The translations under genes and the position numbers were made by a program. The notes under the pieces are model-generated. The model was not told the origin of the DNA. It did not search any database and saw only the letters and a program-made list of their open reading frames with translations. Below, piece after piece: positions 1 through 12,514 of a DNA stretch of 64,000 nucleotides (its first letter is position 1; every line of letters starts with the position of its first letter). The DNA is from Raillietiella orientalis. Taxonomy: Eukaryota. The stretch lies in the NCBI GenBank assembly GCA_036172245.1, contig JAYWIR010000147.1:1-64000 (forward strand), read 5' to 3'.

Positions 1-1624
1 ATGATGGTGGGGGCGTTTGTATTGCCGCCTCCTGTTCGGGAGGCGGCTGGTCGTTGTCCATCAGCGGTGGTGGCGTTTCGGCAACGACCGGAACGTCTGC
101 AGCCGGACTGAGGTCGATAGGAAGGACCGACCGGATGCTGTCCATGGAGGGATCCCGCGACCTCGCGGACATCGCCTCCTCGCTATCCGAGAGCATCTCG
201 TCCTCAGCCTGAGGGGGAGCGACGCGCATAGGGTTGCGCGACTTCCGGCCCGCCTTCCTCTTCGGGAGGGCTACGGTGGGAGGGTTCCCGGCTTCCGCCT
301 CGGACCGGAAGTTTCCGGGCCCTTCACTTCCGCCGGACGTCTGACCGCCTTCTTTGCATCCTTTGGCGTCTGCATTAAGGTGGCCGCGAGTTCCTCGCCG
401 CCTTCGCGAAGTTTTTCTCGTCGCTGCTGCTCGCGTGTTTGTCGCAGGATTCCTGCGGCGGTTCCGCGGCGTTCGCGACGGTTGCGGGAGTGGCGTTCGC
501 CGATCGACGCTCGATCGATGGAACGCGCTCGATTGTAACGCGGCATTCCTTTGTGGACTCGCGCGGCGAAATTTTTGGTTTGCCGACCGCGGGTTTTTTG
601 GGAACGCTCGCGTTCTGATTTGTATTACTATTATTTTTTTTTTGGAGTTTTTGTTTTTTTTGTGTTTCCTTTTTTTTTTTTTTTTCGACACGACTTTCCA
701 GTTTTCCTCGGCGGCAGTTGGCTCAGAAGTCTCCTTTTGAGGCTCCTGCTCCTTGTGCACGACTTCTTCTGAGGTCGGCTGTTGGTCGCTCGTTTTTTGG
801 TTTAATGCCTTCTTCCCCTCATTTGTCGAAGGGGCTGAAGGCGTTGTTGCGGCGTTTTTCGGGCACAAAGCACTAGTGTGGCCCTTCGCGCCGCAGGTTG
901 GGCATATGGCATCCGGGCATCTCTTCTTAAGATGCCCGAATGTGTTGCACAGCCCACAGTATTTTTCCTTCCTCACGTACCAGAGGTCGACGAGCTCGTC
1001 GTTGACTTCAAGCTTGTGGGGAAGTTCTATATTTTCGCGGAGAGTTACGCGTGCGGCCACTCGCCCACTGAATGCGCCTCGATAAGTAAAGGCGTTGGGC
1101 TTTGACCACATCGCGTATATCTCCGCGGATTTGTTGATTTCAGTGCGGATGGCTTCATCGGTCATCCGCACCTTTGTACCCGTGAGGTGGATCACCATAG
1201 AGTGATCCACCGTGTGTGGGAGGAGATTCCGCCCTTCGAACGGAACGGGCGTGCAGAGCAGTTTGTGTGTGAGCGCTGCATCTTTGCAGATCAGCTCCGC
1301 GAACTGCTTGCCGCTCCGAATCGAGAAGCAAAGAATCTCCTCGTCAGAGATTCCCATCCTACGGATGGCGTTTCCAAATTTCCGCGTTGTAAGCGGTGAA
1401 TAAAGATTTCCCACCTTGTAAAGGAGGGCTGGGTTGTAGCCCTCCTTTATGTAGGCCTGCACTTCGGCCGCCACGTCCGGCGGAGCCGCCGCGGCCACCT
1501 TGTTCCACGCCCTCGCCGGAGTGACGGGGGCTGATTTTCTGGTGGGGCATGACCCCACCTCCATAGGTTGGGGAGACGTGGGCCTCACGTCTCCCGTCGC
1601 AGGTACTGCGGCGTCTTCAGGCAT
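1..1624 (-). CDS. LINE ORF1 (gag-like, two CCHC zinc knuckles), apparently open to the window edge
   Basis: ATG at 1624 (MPEDAAVPAT..). Contains CGLCNTFGHLKKRC and CPTCGAKGHTSALC. The frame matches the C-terminal PPPS at positions 2-13, and the ORF track reports no stop in this frame. Confidence 0.75.
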   Translation of the reverse strand, partial: MPEDAAVPATGDVRPTSPQPMEVGSCPTRKSAPVTPARAWNKVAAAAPPDVAAEVQAYIKEGYNPALLYKVGNLYSPLTTRKFGNAIRRMGISDEEILCFSIRSGKQFAELICKDAALTHKLLCTPVPFEGRNLLPHTVDHSMVIHLTGTKVRMTDEAIRTEINKSAEIYAMWSKPNAFTYRGAFSGRVAARVTLRENIELPHKLEVNDELVDLWYVRKEKYCGLCNTFGHLKKRCPDAICPTCGAKGHTSALCPKNAATTPSAPSTNEGKKALNQKTSDQQPTSEEVVHKEQEPQKETSEPTAAEENWKVVSKKKKKRKHKKNKNSKKKIIVIQIRTRAFPKNPRSANQKFRRASPQRNAALQSSAFHRSSVDRRTPLPQPSRTPRNRRRNPATNTRAAATRKTSRRRRGTRGHLNADAKGCKEGGQTSGGSEGPGNFRSEAEAGNPPTVALPKRKAGRKSRNPMRVAPPQAEDEMLSDSEEAMSARSRDPSMDSIRSVLPIDLSPAADVPVVAETPPPLMDNDQPPPEQEAAIQTPPPS

Positions 1625-1735
1625 TTCTGCCTTCCAACGGCCTCCCTTCGAATCCACACAACACCTAGTTTTGGCTTCGCTCATGGGAGCTGACCAAAAA
1701 CGCGTGCGGCACCGGCGTAGGTTTGCCGCATTTTC
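1..1735 (-). mobile_element. L1/Tx1-type LINE, family E, 5' part (continues beyond left edge)
   Basis: Short 5' UTR plus ORF1 homologous to 32861-34465. The 5' end abuts family D ORF1 in the same orientation. Confidence 0.85.
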
Positions 1736-3201
1736 GGTGGAGGCCGGACTCCTCACTGCCTTTTTGCCAGCCTTGGAGGGGTCTGGCTGCAACGATGCAG
1801 CCAGCTCCTCCGCCGCACGCTCGAAGGCGGCGTCATCGATCACGGTCTCGATGACGGACGCTTCCGCCGGTTCGCTCCCCACGCTGCTGACATTTTCAAC
1901 AGTGGGCTGCTCGTCGGTAGCAGCGATTTCTACCTTGAGGCGTTCGGCGGTAACGCGTTGCCCAACGACGTAGCATTCTTTTAAATTCTCGCTAACCTGC
2001 TGTTTCTGATTTTGGTAGGCGAGCTTTTTTTCAATTCTTCGCTCTTTCTTCGACTTTCTTTTTCGCTGTGGCTTCTTGCCATTCCTGCACCTGACCGCTT
2101 TTGTGGATCTTTTCGGCATTCGTTGCCCGGGTGTCGGCTGCGGCCTGGACCACGGGTGTAGGTGGCACAGCTTGAGCGGCAGCCTTCGCAGCCAGCCTTT
2201 TCTGTGGCAGCCGCGCGCGTTTTTTTGTGGTTCCTCGCGGAAACCACGCGCACAGCGGATTCTGGGCACGCTTCCTTTGTGTGGCCTATTGTTTCGCATA
2301 CCTGGCACTGTACGTTGGGGCACCTTCTTTTGAGGTGTTCCGCAGTGTTGTAGGAACCACAGTATTTGGGCTTCCCCGCGTACCAGAGGTCGACGCTTTC
2401 TCCGCCGACCACCAGTTTTTAGGGAAGGGTAGAGTTCTCCCGAACGGTTACACAAGCAGCCGTGAGGCCGCACTGAACTGTGGTATAGTCCTCGAAAGGA
2501 CTAGGCTTGGTCCATACTGCATGGACCGTGCCTTTTTTTCCCAACGCGGCGCGTAATTGTTCTTTCCGCATCCGCGCGGTAACTCCTAAAAGGTGGACCA
2601 CCATACTTTGGTCCGCCGTAATGGGAAGGAGCCTGCGTGTATCCATCACAACGGGGTATTTAAGGAGTCTTTGGGCCAGCTCTGCTTGTTTGCGGGTGAC
2701 CTCAACGTACTGCCCCCCGCTAGGAATGGTCATAGCGCAGAGCTCCTCCTCTTTAACATCGAGAGCGCGCATCCCCTTCGAAAAGGCGCGCTCACTCTCA
2801 GAAGAATACAAATTTCCTACCTTGTAGAATAGTGATGGGTTATACCCCTCTTCTACATAGGCAGATAATTCCGCCGCGCCTGCAGGCGATGGCGCCCACA
2901 CGACGGCGCTCCACGCCCGCGCTGCAGCGGGGACCGGTTTTGTGGGTGCGGACGCCCCTACCTCCTTCGCCACTGAAGGTGACGTTGCCGCCGTCCCCTG
3001 GCACTTTAACTTTCCTAGAGGGGAAGTTGGCGCCGCCACCTGGCACTCCAGTTCTTCAGGAGGCAACGTTGCCACCGCCCGCTGACACGCACTGGTGGTC
3101 GTGTCAGGCATTGCCTGATCGGCCACCACCACACACGAAGCCTACACCTAGGGACGGTTCCCGGCACGAGGAGCACCGAGGAAACAGGTCCGCTCTAACC
3201 G
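1736..3201 (-). mobile_element. LINE family D, 5' part with disrupted ORF1 (ATG 3111)
   Basis: ORFs 2419..3132 and 1981..2412 are homologous to 40453-42114 and include zinc knuckles. Confidence 0.85.
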
Positions 3202-5400
3202 ACCTAAAGCTTCCGATTGCGTGAACCAAAAGCTGCTTCTTTAGCTTGTGGAACATCTGGGTGTCACGGCATCCCTGTTGGTGTACTTTCGCTCCTTTGG
3301 GCGTCGCACGATTAAATCCATAATTTTCCGGTTCTGTTGCGTGTATGGCGTGCCGGTACGGCGAGGAATTAGGCAGGGCGATAGCTTAAGCCCGCTGTTT
3401 TTTAGCATCTACTTTGAATTGGTGCTGGAGGCTTACAGGCTGACGCTAGCCAGCATGCCGTGCTAGTGTCCAGGCACGCCGGCCGTGGCAGCCTATGCCG
3501 ACTACCTCCTTTTTCTGTTGCCCATGTCAACCCCGGCGGCGGCGCTTGAAGATTTTTTTGAATTGATATGTCGTTGTGCGGGCGTAAGAGTAAACAGGAG
3601 CAAGTGCATGGTTGTTTCAGTGCAAGCGACGAGGGAAAGGCAATCTGGCAAGATTTGCCTGGGGATCCTTACGGACAGGTACCTCAGTTTACCTGTCTTG
3701 CCGTTGGGCGACTTTTGCATCTCAGAATCGTGGTTGGACTGACTTCCGAAGACACAGCGTGCACTTGGCACGTTCACAGGAACGGGCCAGCATCTGGAAC
3801 ACCTTCGTTGCCCCCCTCCTCCGCTTTCTGTTTTTTGTTTGTCCACCTCCCCAGGAAGTCGAAGTCTGGGCACAACGCCTTCTACGCAAAGCGTTGTGGG
3901 GCGCTGCAAGGTCCCGTGTTAGACTTAAAGACTTGGTGGCGCCGCGATAGGATGCCGGCTTTGGCATGGTAGACTCAAAAAGCATCCAGCCGCATGTGCA
4001 GTTTCGAATGCTGCGGCTCTGTGTCAAGCTGTGGTGTACGGCGTGGTGCTTATTTGCACGCCTCATACTAAGGCGCTGCACGGAAAGCGAGGGCCTGCTT
4101 TCGTTGCTGCCATAGTTTCGGCACACCAGAATAGGGTTTGGCTTCCCGCTCAGGCAGCTGTCCTCACTGCTGGATGCCCAATGTTGGAACTCCTGCCGCC
4201 CCATGAACAATAATGCATGGCGGCAGGAATCTTTTCATCGTAGGCAGCTTCCGAAGGAACGCGCCCGGAAGATCAGCGACGCCTGCGACTTCTTCTCAGT
4301 CAAATAATGGACTAAGTCATGCATGACAAGAAGCAGTAGGACCGTCTAGCCGTTACACCACTCGTTGCAGCGCTGTCTGCCCTCAGAGCAAGCGACGACA
4401 GTTGCCTACCGGCGAAATGGGAGTTCTCCTGCACAATAGCGGGAGTCAGTAAGCTCCTTGGGGGCTGGACGACATAGGAGCTGGTGGAAACTGCCAGTGC
4501 TCGTAATCGGGCGAAGGGCCTGCTTCAGTGGAGTGAACATTTAAGTGTACCCCCGAAGAGATAGTGGTTTCCTCCATTTGTTTGGACAGCTCCGTGTTCC
4601 CCTCAGAGTGGAAAAAAGATGTGCTGCTCTTTTTACACTGGGGCTTCCACTGTAATCGGCAGCGAAGCATTGTTTTCGGGGCAACTGCTCTGCTGAACTG
4701 TTTGAGGTGCGGGGATATCTAGTTTTTTCAGCATCTTCTGCTGAACTGCGGTGACCTCTGTGAACTGTGGCGAAGGCTTATTTCAGCCATCCTGCCGCAG
4801 GGAGGAACTGCGATTGATGTGCTGCTTCGCTTCTTTAGTAGGAATGGATTTTCGGTAGGCGCGTTTGTGACAACCATGTTTTGGCATTCGCGCCATCGTG
4901 AAGGCCCCCTGAGGCCTGGAGTTGTCAGCGCAGCGAAGGGAGTCTCACCGGTTTGCAGCAGAATCCATGGAATAGGCTGCTAGGTGGCCTCATCTTTGTG
5001 ACGAGGTCAAAGAGGACATCGCCGGCATCCACCGCCGGGTTACAGACTTTAAAGAACGGATTAACCCGGTGATCACTACGTCCTGAGGCCCACCCATACC
5101 CCTTACCCACTCGCTCTGCTAAACTGCCGGTGCCATTACTTTTATCCCAGTGCGATCCAGTGCGATCCCAAAGACCCTTATCCCGGCGTCCCCCATTAAT
5201 ATCTTTTTCTTTTGTTTTTCTTTGTTTGTGTTCCCAGTTCCCCCACACCGTTCTGTGTTATTCTGGCCTGCGTGCTAGCAATTTTCTCTTGATCCCCGTT
5301 CAGTCTTCGGTTGGGAGCATGCTTCTTAGTTGGTTTATTTTATATAATTGTTTTTGTTTATATTATATGAAATAAACTCCCCGGCGTGACCGGGAGAGAA
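3202..5400 (+). mobile_element. LINE 3' part (decayed RT from the KAFD motif, zf-RVT, 3' UTR, 3' terminal motif)
   Basis: GIRQGDSLSPLFF and AYADY motifs; AATAAACTCCCCGGCGTGACCGGGAGAGAA at 5371-5400. Confidence 0.85.
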
Positions 5401-7690
5401 ATCTCCTGGGAGTTCTCCGTGGTGATCACGTGGATCTCCTGTAGGAGCGCCAGGTCGAAGTCACGTAGGCTGGCGGCCGTTTCCCGCGTGTTGCCGTTGT
5501 CGCGCTGCCCGTTTATGTTCCAACAGACCACGCGTTATCGACAGCGACAGGCAAGCCCAGTTGTTATCTTTCGGAAAGTGACAATGCGGCGCCCGTCACC
5601 TGGTCGGGCGGGACGGATGGAAGAATGGGGCCTCCGCGCACCGGTTCTTTCTCCTCCATGGGAGCCGATTCCTCATCGGACCGCAACGGTTTAACGATAC
5701 GGGTCTCACGCACCTACTCCCCCTCTTTCATGGGGGCGAATCGTCGGCTTGGCCGGACGGCAGGTGGGAGAGGTGTTGAAGTCTCTGCTCCCCCTTCTCC
5801 ATAACTATCTTTTTTACAGCAGGACCCGGCGGTGGAAGGAGGAGGCAATGTCCTACCTGATCCCCTTTCTCCATGGGAGTCGCCAGCTGCTCGATAGTGG
5901 TGGGTGGGAAAATCCCTCCCTCCGTTTCCACGCTACCGGCTTCCCCCTCGGCTGCCGGTGCGTCTCCCTCCTTCTTCGTCGGCACGCGCCTCTTGGGACT
6001 CTTGGACTTCCGTCCAGTCTTCTTCGGAGGCGCCTCTGCGGAGGAAGACGCACTTCCGTCATCCGGATTCTGGTCATCTGTCGGTGGTGCCTTGTTCGCG
6101 GCCGGCCTTTTCAAAGCCTTTCGCGCGCCGTTCTCACGGTAGGCGAGATCGGTCGCGGGTTCTTCCGCCCCCTGCTCGAAGGCGGCGTCCTCTATTGAGG
6201 CGAGCGCGTCGCTCGGCTTCCCCTCAGTTTGCACAGAGGGTTCGTCTAACGTGATTGCTGCTTCGCCGGCAACGAGGCGGAGGATATCTCCCCCAATGGC
6301 GGTCTCGGAGACCTCCACGCTCTTCAAAGCGACCGAACATTCGCAGAGCATACGGCGGCGTTGCCTCCTATTTAATGGAGTTTTCGCGGGTTGCGCTGTC
6401 GGCTCTTCGGTTTTCCAAACGTTTTTGCTTTTCGGCTTCGCCGACCACCAGCCCTCGTTTTCACCAGCGTCGTCGGGAGTTTTCTCGACCGGCGTTCCCT
6501 AGGAGCCTTCGGGCACAAGCTTTTGGCTTTGCCGCTCTGTCGGCTCATTAGACTTTCGCGCTTTCTCCAAGCGCTTCCTTTTTCCTTTTTTCAAGGCAGA
6601 GTGCGCTGGAGGTTCCCACTTTGGTCACACTTTCCGATGATAACCCTTCTCCTCGCAGTGGAAATACTGTATGTGAGGGCACCGTTTTTTCAGGTGCCCT
6701 GCTGCATCACAGTGCGCACAGTACTTGGTCTTGCCCACGTACCAGACGTCGACGACCTCGTTGCCGACGTCGAGTTTGTGGGGCATCCCACCGTTTTCAT
6801 GCACGGTCACCCGCGCTGCAGCCATGCCACTGAACAGTTTTCCGTATGTTTGAAGATGTTCGGCTTGGTCCAGTGCGCGTGCACCGTACCATGTTTTTGC
6901 AACTCTTCCTGCACGCCAGCTTTGGTCATGCAAAAGTTTACACTGGTTAGGTGAGCAACAATGGAGCGATCCTCCGTTACAGGGAAGACCTTTCGGCCCT
7001 CCAGAGTGATGGAAGTGTTTAGCAGGCGCTGAGCCAGGCTTGCATCTTTGCAAGTCAGCTTCACCCGCTGGCCCCCACTCATCACGGAGAGACCTTCCAG
7101 TTCTTTTTCTTTTACATGCAGCCGCTGTAGCTTTCTTTTGAAATTTCGAGCGGTGTTCCCAACAAAAAGGTTGCCATACTTTCAAATCAAGGATGGTTTA
7201 TACCCTTGATACCGGTAAGCACACTGTTGGGCAATGGCTTTAATGGATGGTGCTGCAGCTACGGCGCTCCAGGTCTTCGTCGTTGCCGAGGAAGGATCCA
7301 AAGATGCGGTTGCCCTTTGTTTCTAAAAGGTTGTTGCTCCTTTTTCCGGTGTGGCGTTTGTCCTTGTATCCAAGAAAACGATTGCACTCTTTTGCACGGG
7401 GACAGTTGCTCGCTTTTTCAAGGGTGCGGTAGCCTTCGTTTCCAACGGGACGGTTGCCCCGTTTTTCAAGGGGGCGGTTGCCCTCGTCTACGTGGGGGCC
7501 GTTGCCCCAGCTCTATGAACTGGGGAGAGGAACAGGCATCTCCCCCTTCGATCTCCAACGCGGTGTTCTGTCATTTCTGACATTGGACACAGCAGATGCA
7601 CCACACACAAACACTAACGCAACGAAAGGCTTTACAACAGGCACAGAGGAGCGCGGAAAAAACACGTTTGCCCGCCAAGATGCTCGTTGC
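5401..7690 (-). mobile_element. LINE family A-like, 5' part (disrupted ORF1 and start of the APE endonuclease)
   Basis: ORFs 6625..7185 (CAHCDAAGHLKKRC) and 5728..6351; WNxNG..LLQEIH endonuclease motifs at 5401-5530. Confidence 0.85.
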
Positions 7691-7696
7691 CACGCT

Positions 7697-9061
7697 GTCA
7701 CGCCGGGGCGTTTATTATAAATTCTCTACATTGTGGTACAAAGCCTCACTAGGGCCAACTATAGAGGACCTGCGGGGTTGCCGGTACGCAGACTGTCGCG
7801 ACTCTCCTCGGCAGCGTAAGGGGATAATGGAAAAACAAAAAGAAAAATAAAACATGAAAAACAAAAAGATTTCGGAGGAATGGGAAGGGATCACCGTCCA
7901 CTGGGATTGGGGTCCATCCTTTGCAGGATGCCCTCGAGGTCCATCCGTATAATTCCCAGGTGGGGCCATCTGGTCGCAGTATGCAGGTAGCGGAGCGCAA
8001 GTACGACGGCATATTTGTCGTGGCTAGGTCTTCTGACGTCGCTCCAGCATGTCACCATCCCGCGGACGCTGCAAAGTGCAGCCAGGGCAGCGGCGGGTCG
8101 CAGGGCATCCTGCACGAACAGAAGCCAAAAAACGTCTCTTGGCTGGCTGCCCTCCTGGATCCGTAGGGAGGAACGAAGACGTTCCCACAGGGGTCGGGGG
8201 GCAGCACAATCAACAAGGAGGTGGGGGAGTGTTTCCCGCTCCCCACACCTAATGCAGGCCGGATCTACTCGACCCCTGGTCCAGTGGTGGCGGCGTTCTT
8301 TGCAGGGTTGGCCCCAATGCAACAGGAGAAGCGCTCACTCCTACCACTTTAGGGGGAGGGTCCTCGAACCAATGAAAACCGGGGGCCAATCCGGTCATCC
8401 GGCTACATGCCGAGCAGCTCGCCACATCTTGTAAGTCCTCTCGTCTGCACACTAGGAATAGTTGCTTCCGCCAGTTCCCCGATGGAACAGCCGCTCATGA
8501 ACTTCTCCTTGCCTGCAATGCGGCAGGAGACTTGCCACTTAGGCTGGCGGCTGCTGGAGAGCGCCCTTCTCCAGAATGGCATCGCCGTAGCTGGGGAATT
8601 GTCTCTGCCCACGTGCTTCTCGCGGGATACCGGAGTATCTTCCCCAGAGTGCTGCGGAAATAGGCGCCGCGTCGCAGGCACTTGCACATCTCTTCGTTTT
8701 TTTCATTGGTCTTCGCCCACATCCCAGCTGTCTCCTCCAGCCATGCAGAGGAGTTGGCGTGGCTGCACACCATCCAGCCGTTTTCCTTAGCCAGAGTTGC
8801 CATGCGTACCAGGAGAAGTCCGCATTTCTTGATCTCCGAGCCACGGCATAGAAGATGAGACGCGAGACCCTCCGTCCCGGATACCCTCACTTCTATGGGA
8901 GGAAGGGAGCAAGTCGCCTCTCCTCCTCCAATTTCCATCGCGGTGTCGTCAGGCATTTCTGACATGGGATGCCGGCGCTCCCACACACCAGACAAAACTA
9001 CGAACATCCTTTTTGCTAACTAGAGCGCGGTGCGATGACAAACCACGTCCGCTTCCTAGAA
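7697..9061 (-). mobile_element. Internally deleted or chimeric LINE: family A 5' end (about 8890-9061) fused to an ORF2 C-terminus and 3' end
   Basis: ORF 8495..9007 reads from the ORF1 N-terminus (MSEMPDDTAMEIGG) into post-RT ORF2 sequence. zf motif CIRCGERETLPHLL. Truncated 3' motif at 7697-7716. Confidence 0.75.
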
Positions 9062-9075
9062 GGACACGGGGAAGT

Positions 9076-10956
9076 TCTCACCTAGTCACGCCGGGGCGTT
9101 TAATAATAAACACTGTACATTTTCCGTGCTAGGCCCCGCTAAGTCCAATATTTCATAGGACGAGTCAGAAAGCTGGTTCACTGACCGGCTTGATTCTCCT
9201 CTGCAGCGGAGGGGCTAGGGGCTAAAGCAACAAGTTAAATGAATGAAACAAAGAAAAAGAAACATTTTTCAAAAGCCAGGAAGGGATTACAGCCCGATGC
9301 TGGAAAACAGGATTTTCCAGGATTCCCACGAGTTTTCTCGTCATGGCTTATAGATGGAACCAGCCGATCGCAATTCGCAGGTAGCGACCAGCGTGATCGA
9401 TGAAGTCCATATCCCTTCTTCCTCTGTTGGCTGTGCTTAACCCAGCTACAATCCCTCAGAGTCAGCAGTGCGCTGCCAGGGTTGATGCTGGTTGCAGGCC
9501 GTCTCGCACGAAGTGGAGTCTCACAACTTCTGTGGGGTTACTGCCAAACGGTATCCGGAGGGTCGTAGCAAAACGTTCCCACAGGGTCCGGAGGGCAGCG
9601 CAGTACAGTTACAGGTGGGGGAAGGATTCCTTCTCCCCGCGCACTGTACAGTTCTCTCCCACGTTCCTCAACGTCCACTGGTGGCGGCGCGCGTTGCAGG
9701 GAAGCCCTCAGTGCAACAACAGGAGAGCAGTTTCCTGCCACTTTAGGGGGAGGGTGGTTGCGTGTCTAAATCACAAAGGCCACTTTAGGTCATCCAGTGA
9801 AATGCCAAGCATCTCGCCCATCACTGGATTCCGAGCGGGAGAACGCTTGGAGTCGCGGCGTCAGCCAGTTCCCTCATGGTCCACCCACTTCTCCTTGCCC
9901 GCTATCCGGCAGATAACTTCCCTCCTCGGTTTCCGGCCGCTATGAAGCGTCATTCTCAGAAAGGGCAGCGCCGTGGTCAGTAGGATCGTCTCCTCCCGCG
10001 TGCTTCTAGAGGGACCCCCGATCATGTTCCGCAGCTTACCGTCGATGTAGATGCCGGTACAAAGGCGTTTGCAAGATTCTTCAATAGGCTGCATTAACTT
10101 AGCTCACGAGCCAACTGTTTCTTCCATCCATGCGCTGGAGATGGCGCAGCTGCAGGCCATCCACCCGTTCTCTTTTGCCAAGATGGTCATGCGTCCCGGA
10201 GAAAGCCGCATTTTCTGCTTTTCCGGCTGGAGCACAGAAGAGACGTTAGTCCTTCAGTACGGGACAAACGTCTGGCAATGAGGTGGGTCAGAACGCACCA
10301 AAGGATGCTCCACATTTTTGCTGCGATGGCGAGGGTGTGCCATCGCAGCTGTTTTGTTACGCGATCTTGCGTCAGGACGCTAAAATCTACGTCCCGACGG
10401 GGAGCTCAGAAATCCTCCATAAGCACAAGAGGCCTTCCACCGCCGCACAGAAGGATGCGCAGGAGGTTTTTTGTTCTCTTTTTCATCTCATGGGTTACGA
10501 GCAAACAAAAGCAGGGAGCGATTCAAGGGGACGGGAAACGCGTTCCACACCGCTGCCCATTCCTGCAAGTAGAACTTGCCTTCCAGGAACAGGCCGATCG
10601 CCGACTCCACTTTCTGGAGACGACCTGATCAGGCTTCTGACTGGCAGAATTCGTCCACTGGAACGCCGAAGTACTTCAAGTACCTCTTCTTGGATATCCA
10701 CAAGCGGAACCAATGAGATCATCCTGCCCACGTTGCACCAACCGTAACCAGCGGCGGATTCGCCCTGTTCGTCCGTAGTCCTGTACCGCGGTTCAGCAAG
10801 TCGAAAAAATCCTTGACTGCCAAAGCCGAGTCTGACATGCCTAGCAGGAGCAGAGGATCGTCAGTATACGCCGACACGGCCAGCGCACCTGGGCACGAGC
10901 TTGGTAGTGCAGCCAATGTCAGCCTGTATGCTCTCAACAGCAATTCGAAATAGGTG
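9076..10956 (-). mobile_element. 5'-truncated LINE 3' part (RT C-terminus, zf-RVT, 3' end)
   Basis: AYTDD motif, CTVRGEKESFPHL, 3' motif at 9076-9103. Confidence 0.85.
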
Positions 10957-12514
10957 GCAGCAGGCTCCTAAGCTGCTCATGTTCTGGAACGTGGTAGAGA
11001 CGGTGGCGCTACCACCTTTTCAATGTTCTTAGTATCACAGGAAATAGGCTCTTTCTTGTACCCGAATGGGGAAACGCTGTGGAAGCAACTTTGTTCAAAA
11101 CTTACGAATGCATGCATGCAAACGTGAATGGCCCGAGGGACACGCAGAAAGCCACAAGGTCACTATAATCAAGTTTCAAAACCTCTCCCAGAGGAAGGCA
11201 GCCTCATAAAACCACATCACGTCATTTTGCGTTCAGAGGTTGCAGACATATCCACCAAACAGCGCCGATCTGGGGCATTGGAGATAAGGAAATGTCGGCA
11301 ACAACCGCGTGATTTTAAGTGAGCTACGGCCGTATCATCTTCACGGACGCAATAATACTACGATTTTGAACATCCACGTTCTCGGGAAGGAAATGTTGTA
11401 GACAGAACACCCAGAAGTACTCTTGTAAACCCAAGAGTAGAGGTCCTACTCTAGAACGAAGATGCATGCCAGTCATACGACGTTGCTTTCTTCGACTTCC
11501 GAGGATGACTCACGTGCAGCCCGAACGCACCCCGATTTGGTGCTTTCTCCTCTACCTCGCCTACATCGGCTGCACTCCCTTCCCAGAAAGGAGGCGAATC
11601 CACTTACTGACTCCATGCATGCGCCTGATTTCTGTAGAACTCTTGAGCGCCCCCGTGTGCCTAACGCGCTCAGCTCCTCCACCACAATAGCACTCTGGGG
11701 ACGTCAGCTGCATGGCAAGAGTGCGACCGCTAGTCGCACTCATGCGTCAGTCATCGGCGAACCCCCTTCTTCCCGGATACCACAGCGCATCGTCACCACC
11801 GTCTTGCCTCCTGGCGAACTCTTTGCTCCCTTTGCGTCGAGATCAGCACTTAGGGCATCAGCAAACCTAGTTCGCGCCCTCACCTCCCACGCGTGTCCTC
11901 GTGACACGAAACCGGAGATGCGTCACCCTACTGCCTGCCAGGAAAGATTCGGTGCCTAGCGAGCGCATCCCCTGACACCTGAATGAGCAATCCCCAGCGT
12001 AGGGAGACAGCGGATTGCGCTCGCTTTCGCCTCTGGCAGGGTGGACGCAAGACTCGAAACGCTCGCCCGGTGGATGTCTATAAAAAGTCCACTCGGCGCG
12101 CATGCCGCATTACCGTCGGCAGTTCACCTAATCGGTCGTGCGATCTCCTCAGCTGCGGGTTATGCAACTGCTTCAGCGGCTCGCTTCCTTACGAGGAGGA
12201 GGCAAACTGGAAAGCAAGTGATCGTAGCAAACACGCGCAACCAGGTGGTAACGTTTTCAATGTGTGTGCGGCACTTTCACTGAAACCACGTTTTTTCGCA
12301 CCCAGTTTCGAGTTTCGTTGCCATAGCGAGGTCACGATTGTTGGCCTTTCCGAGCGTGTAGCCTCCTCTACCTAGGCCGTTTTTTGGCCCCATTTTTGGC
12401 CGCTCCCAAGACGGAAACACAAATCCTTGAGTGCAAAGACTTGTCTTCTTGCGTACATGCCCCTCGGAGTTCGCGTTCATCGCCTAGATCTCGCCCTCAG
12501 GCCTCAAGGTCGTG

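Noticed and set aside
625..690. T-rich tracts read as a poly(A) tail or terminator
   Set aside because: They are Lys/Asn-rich ORF1 coding sequence on the minus strand, homologous to 33780-33880.
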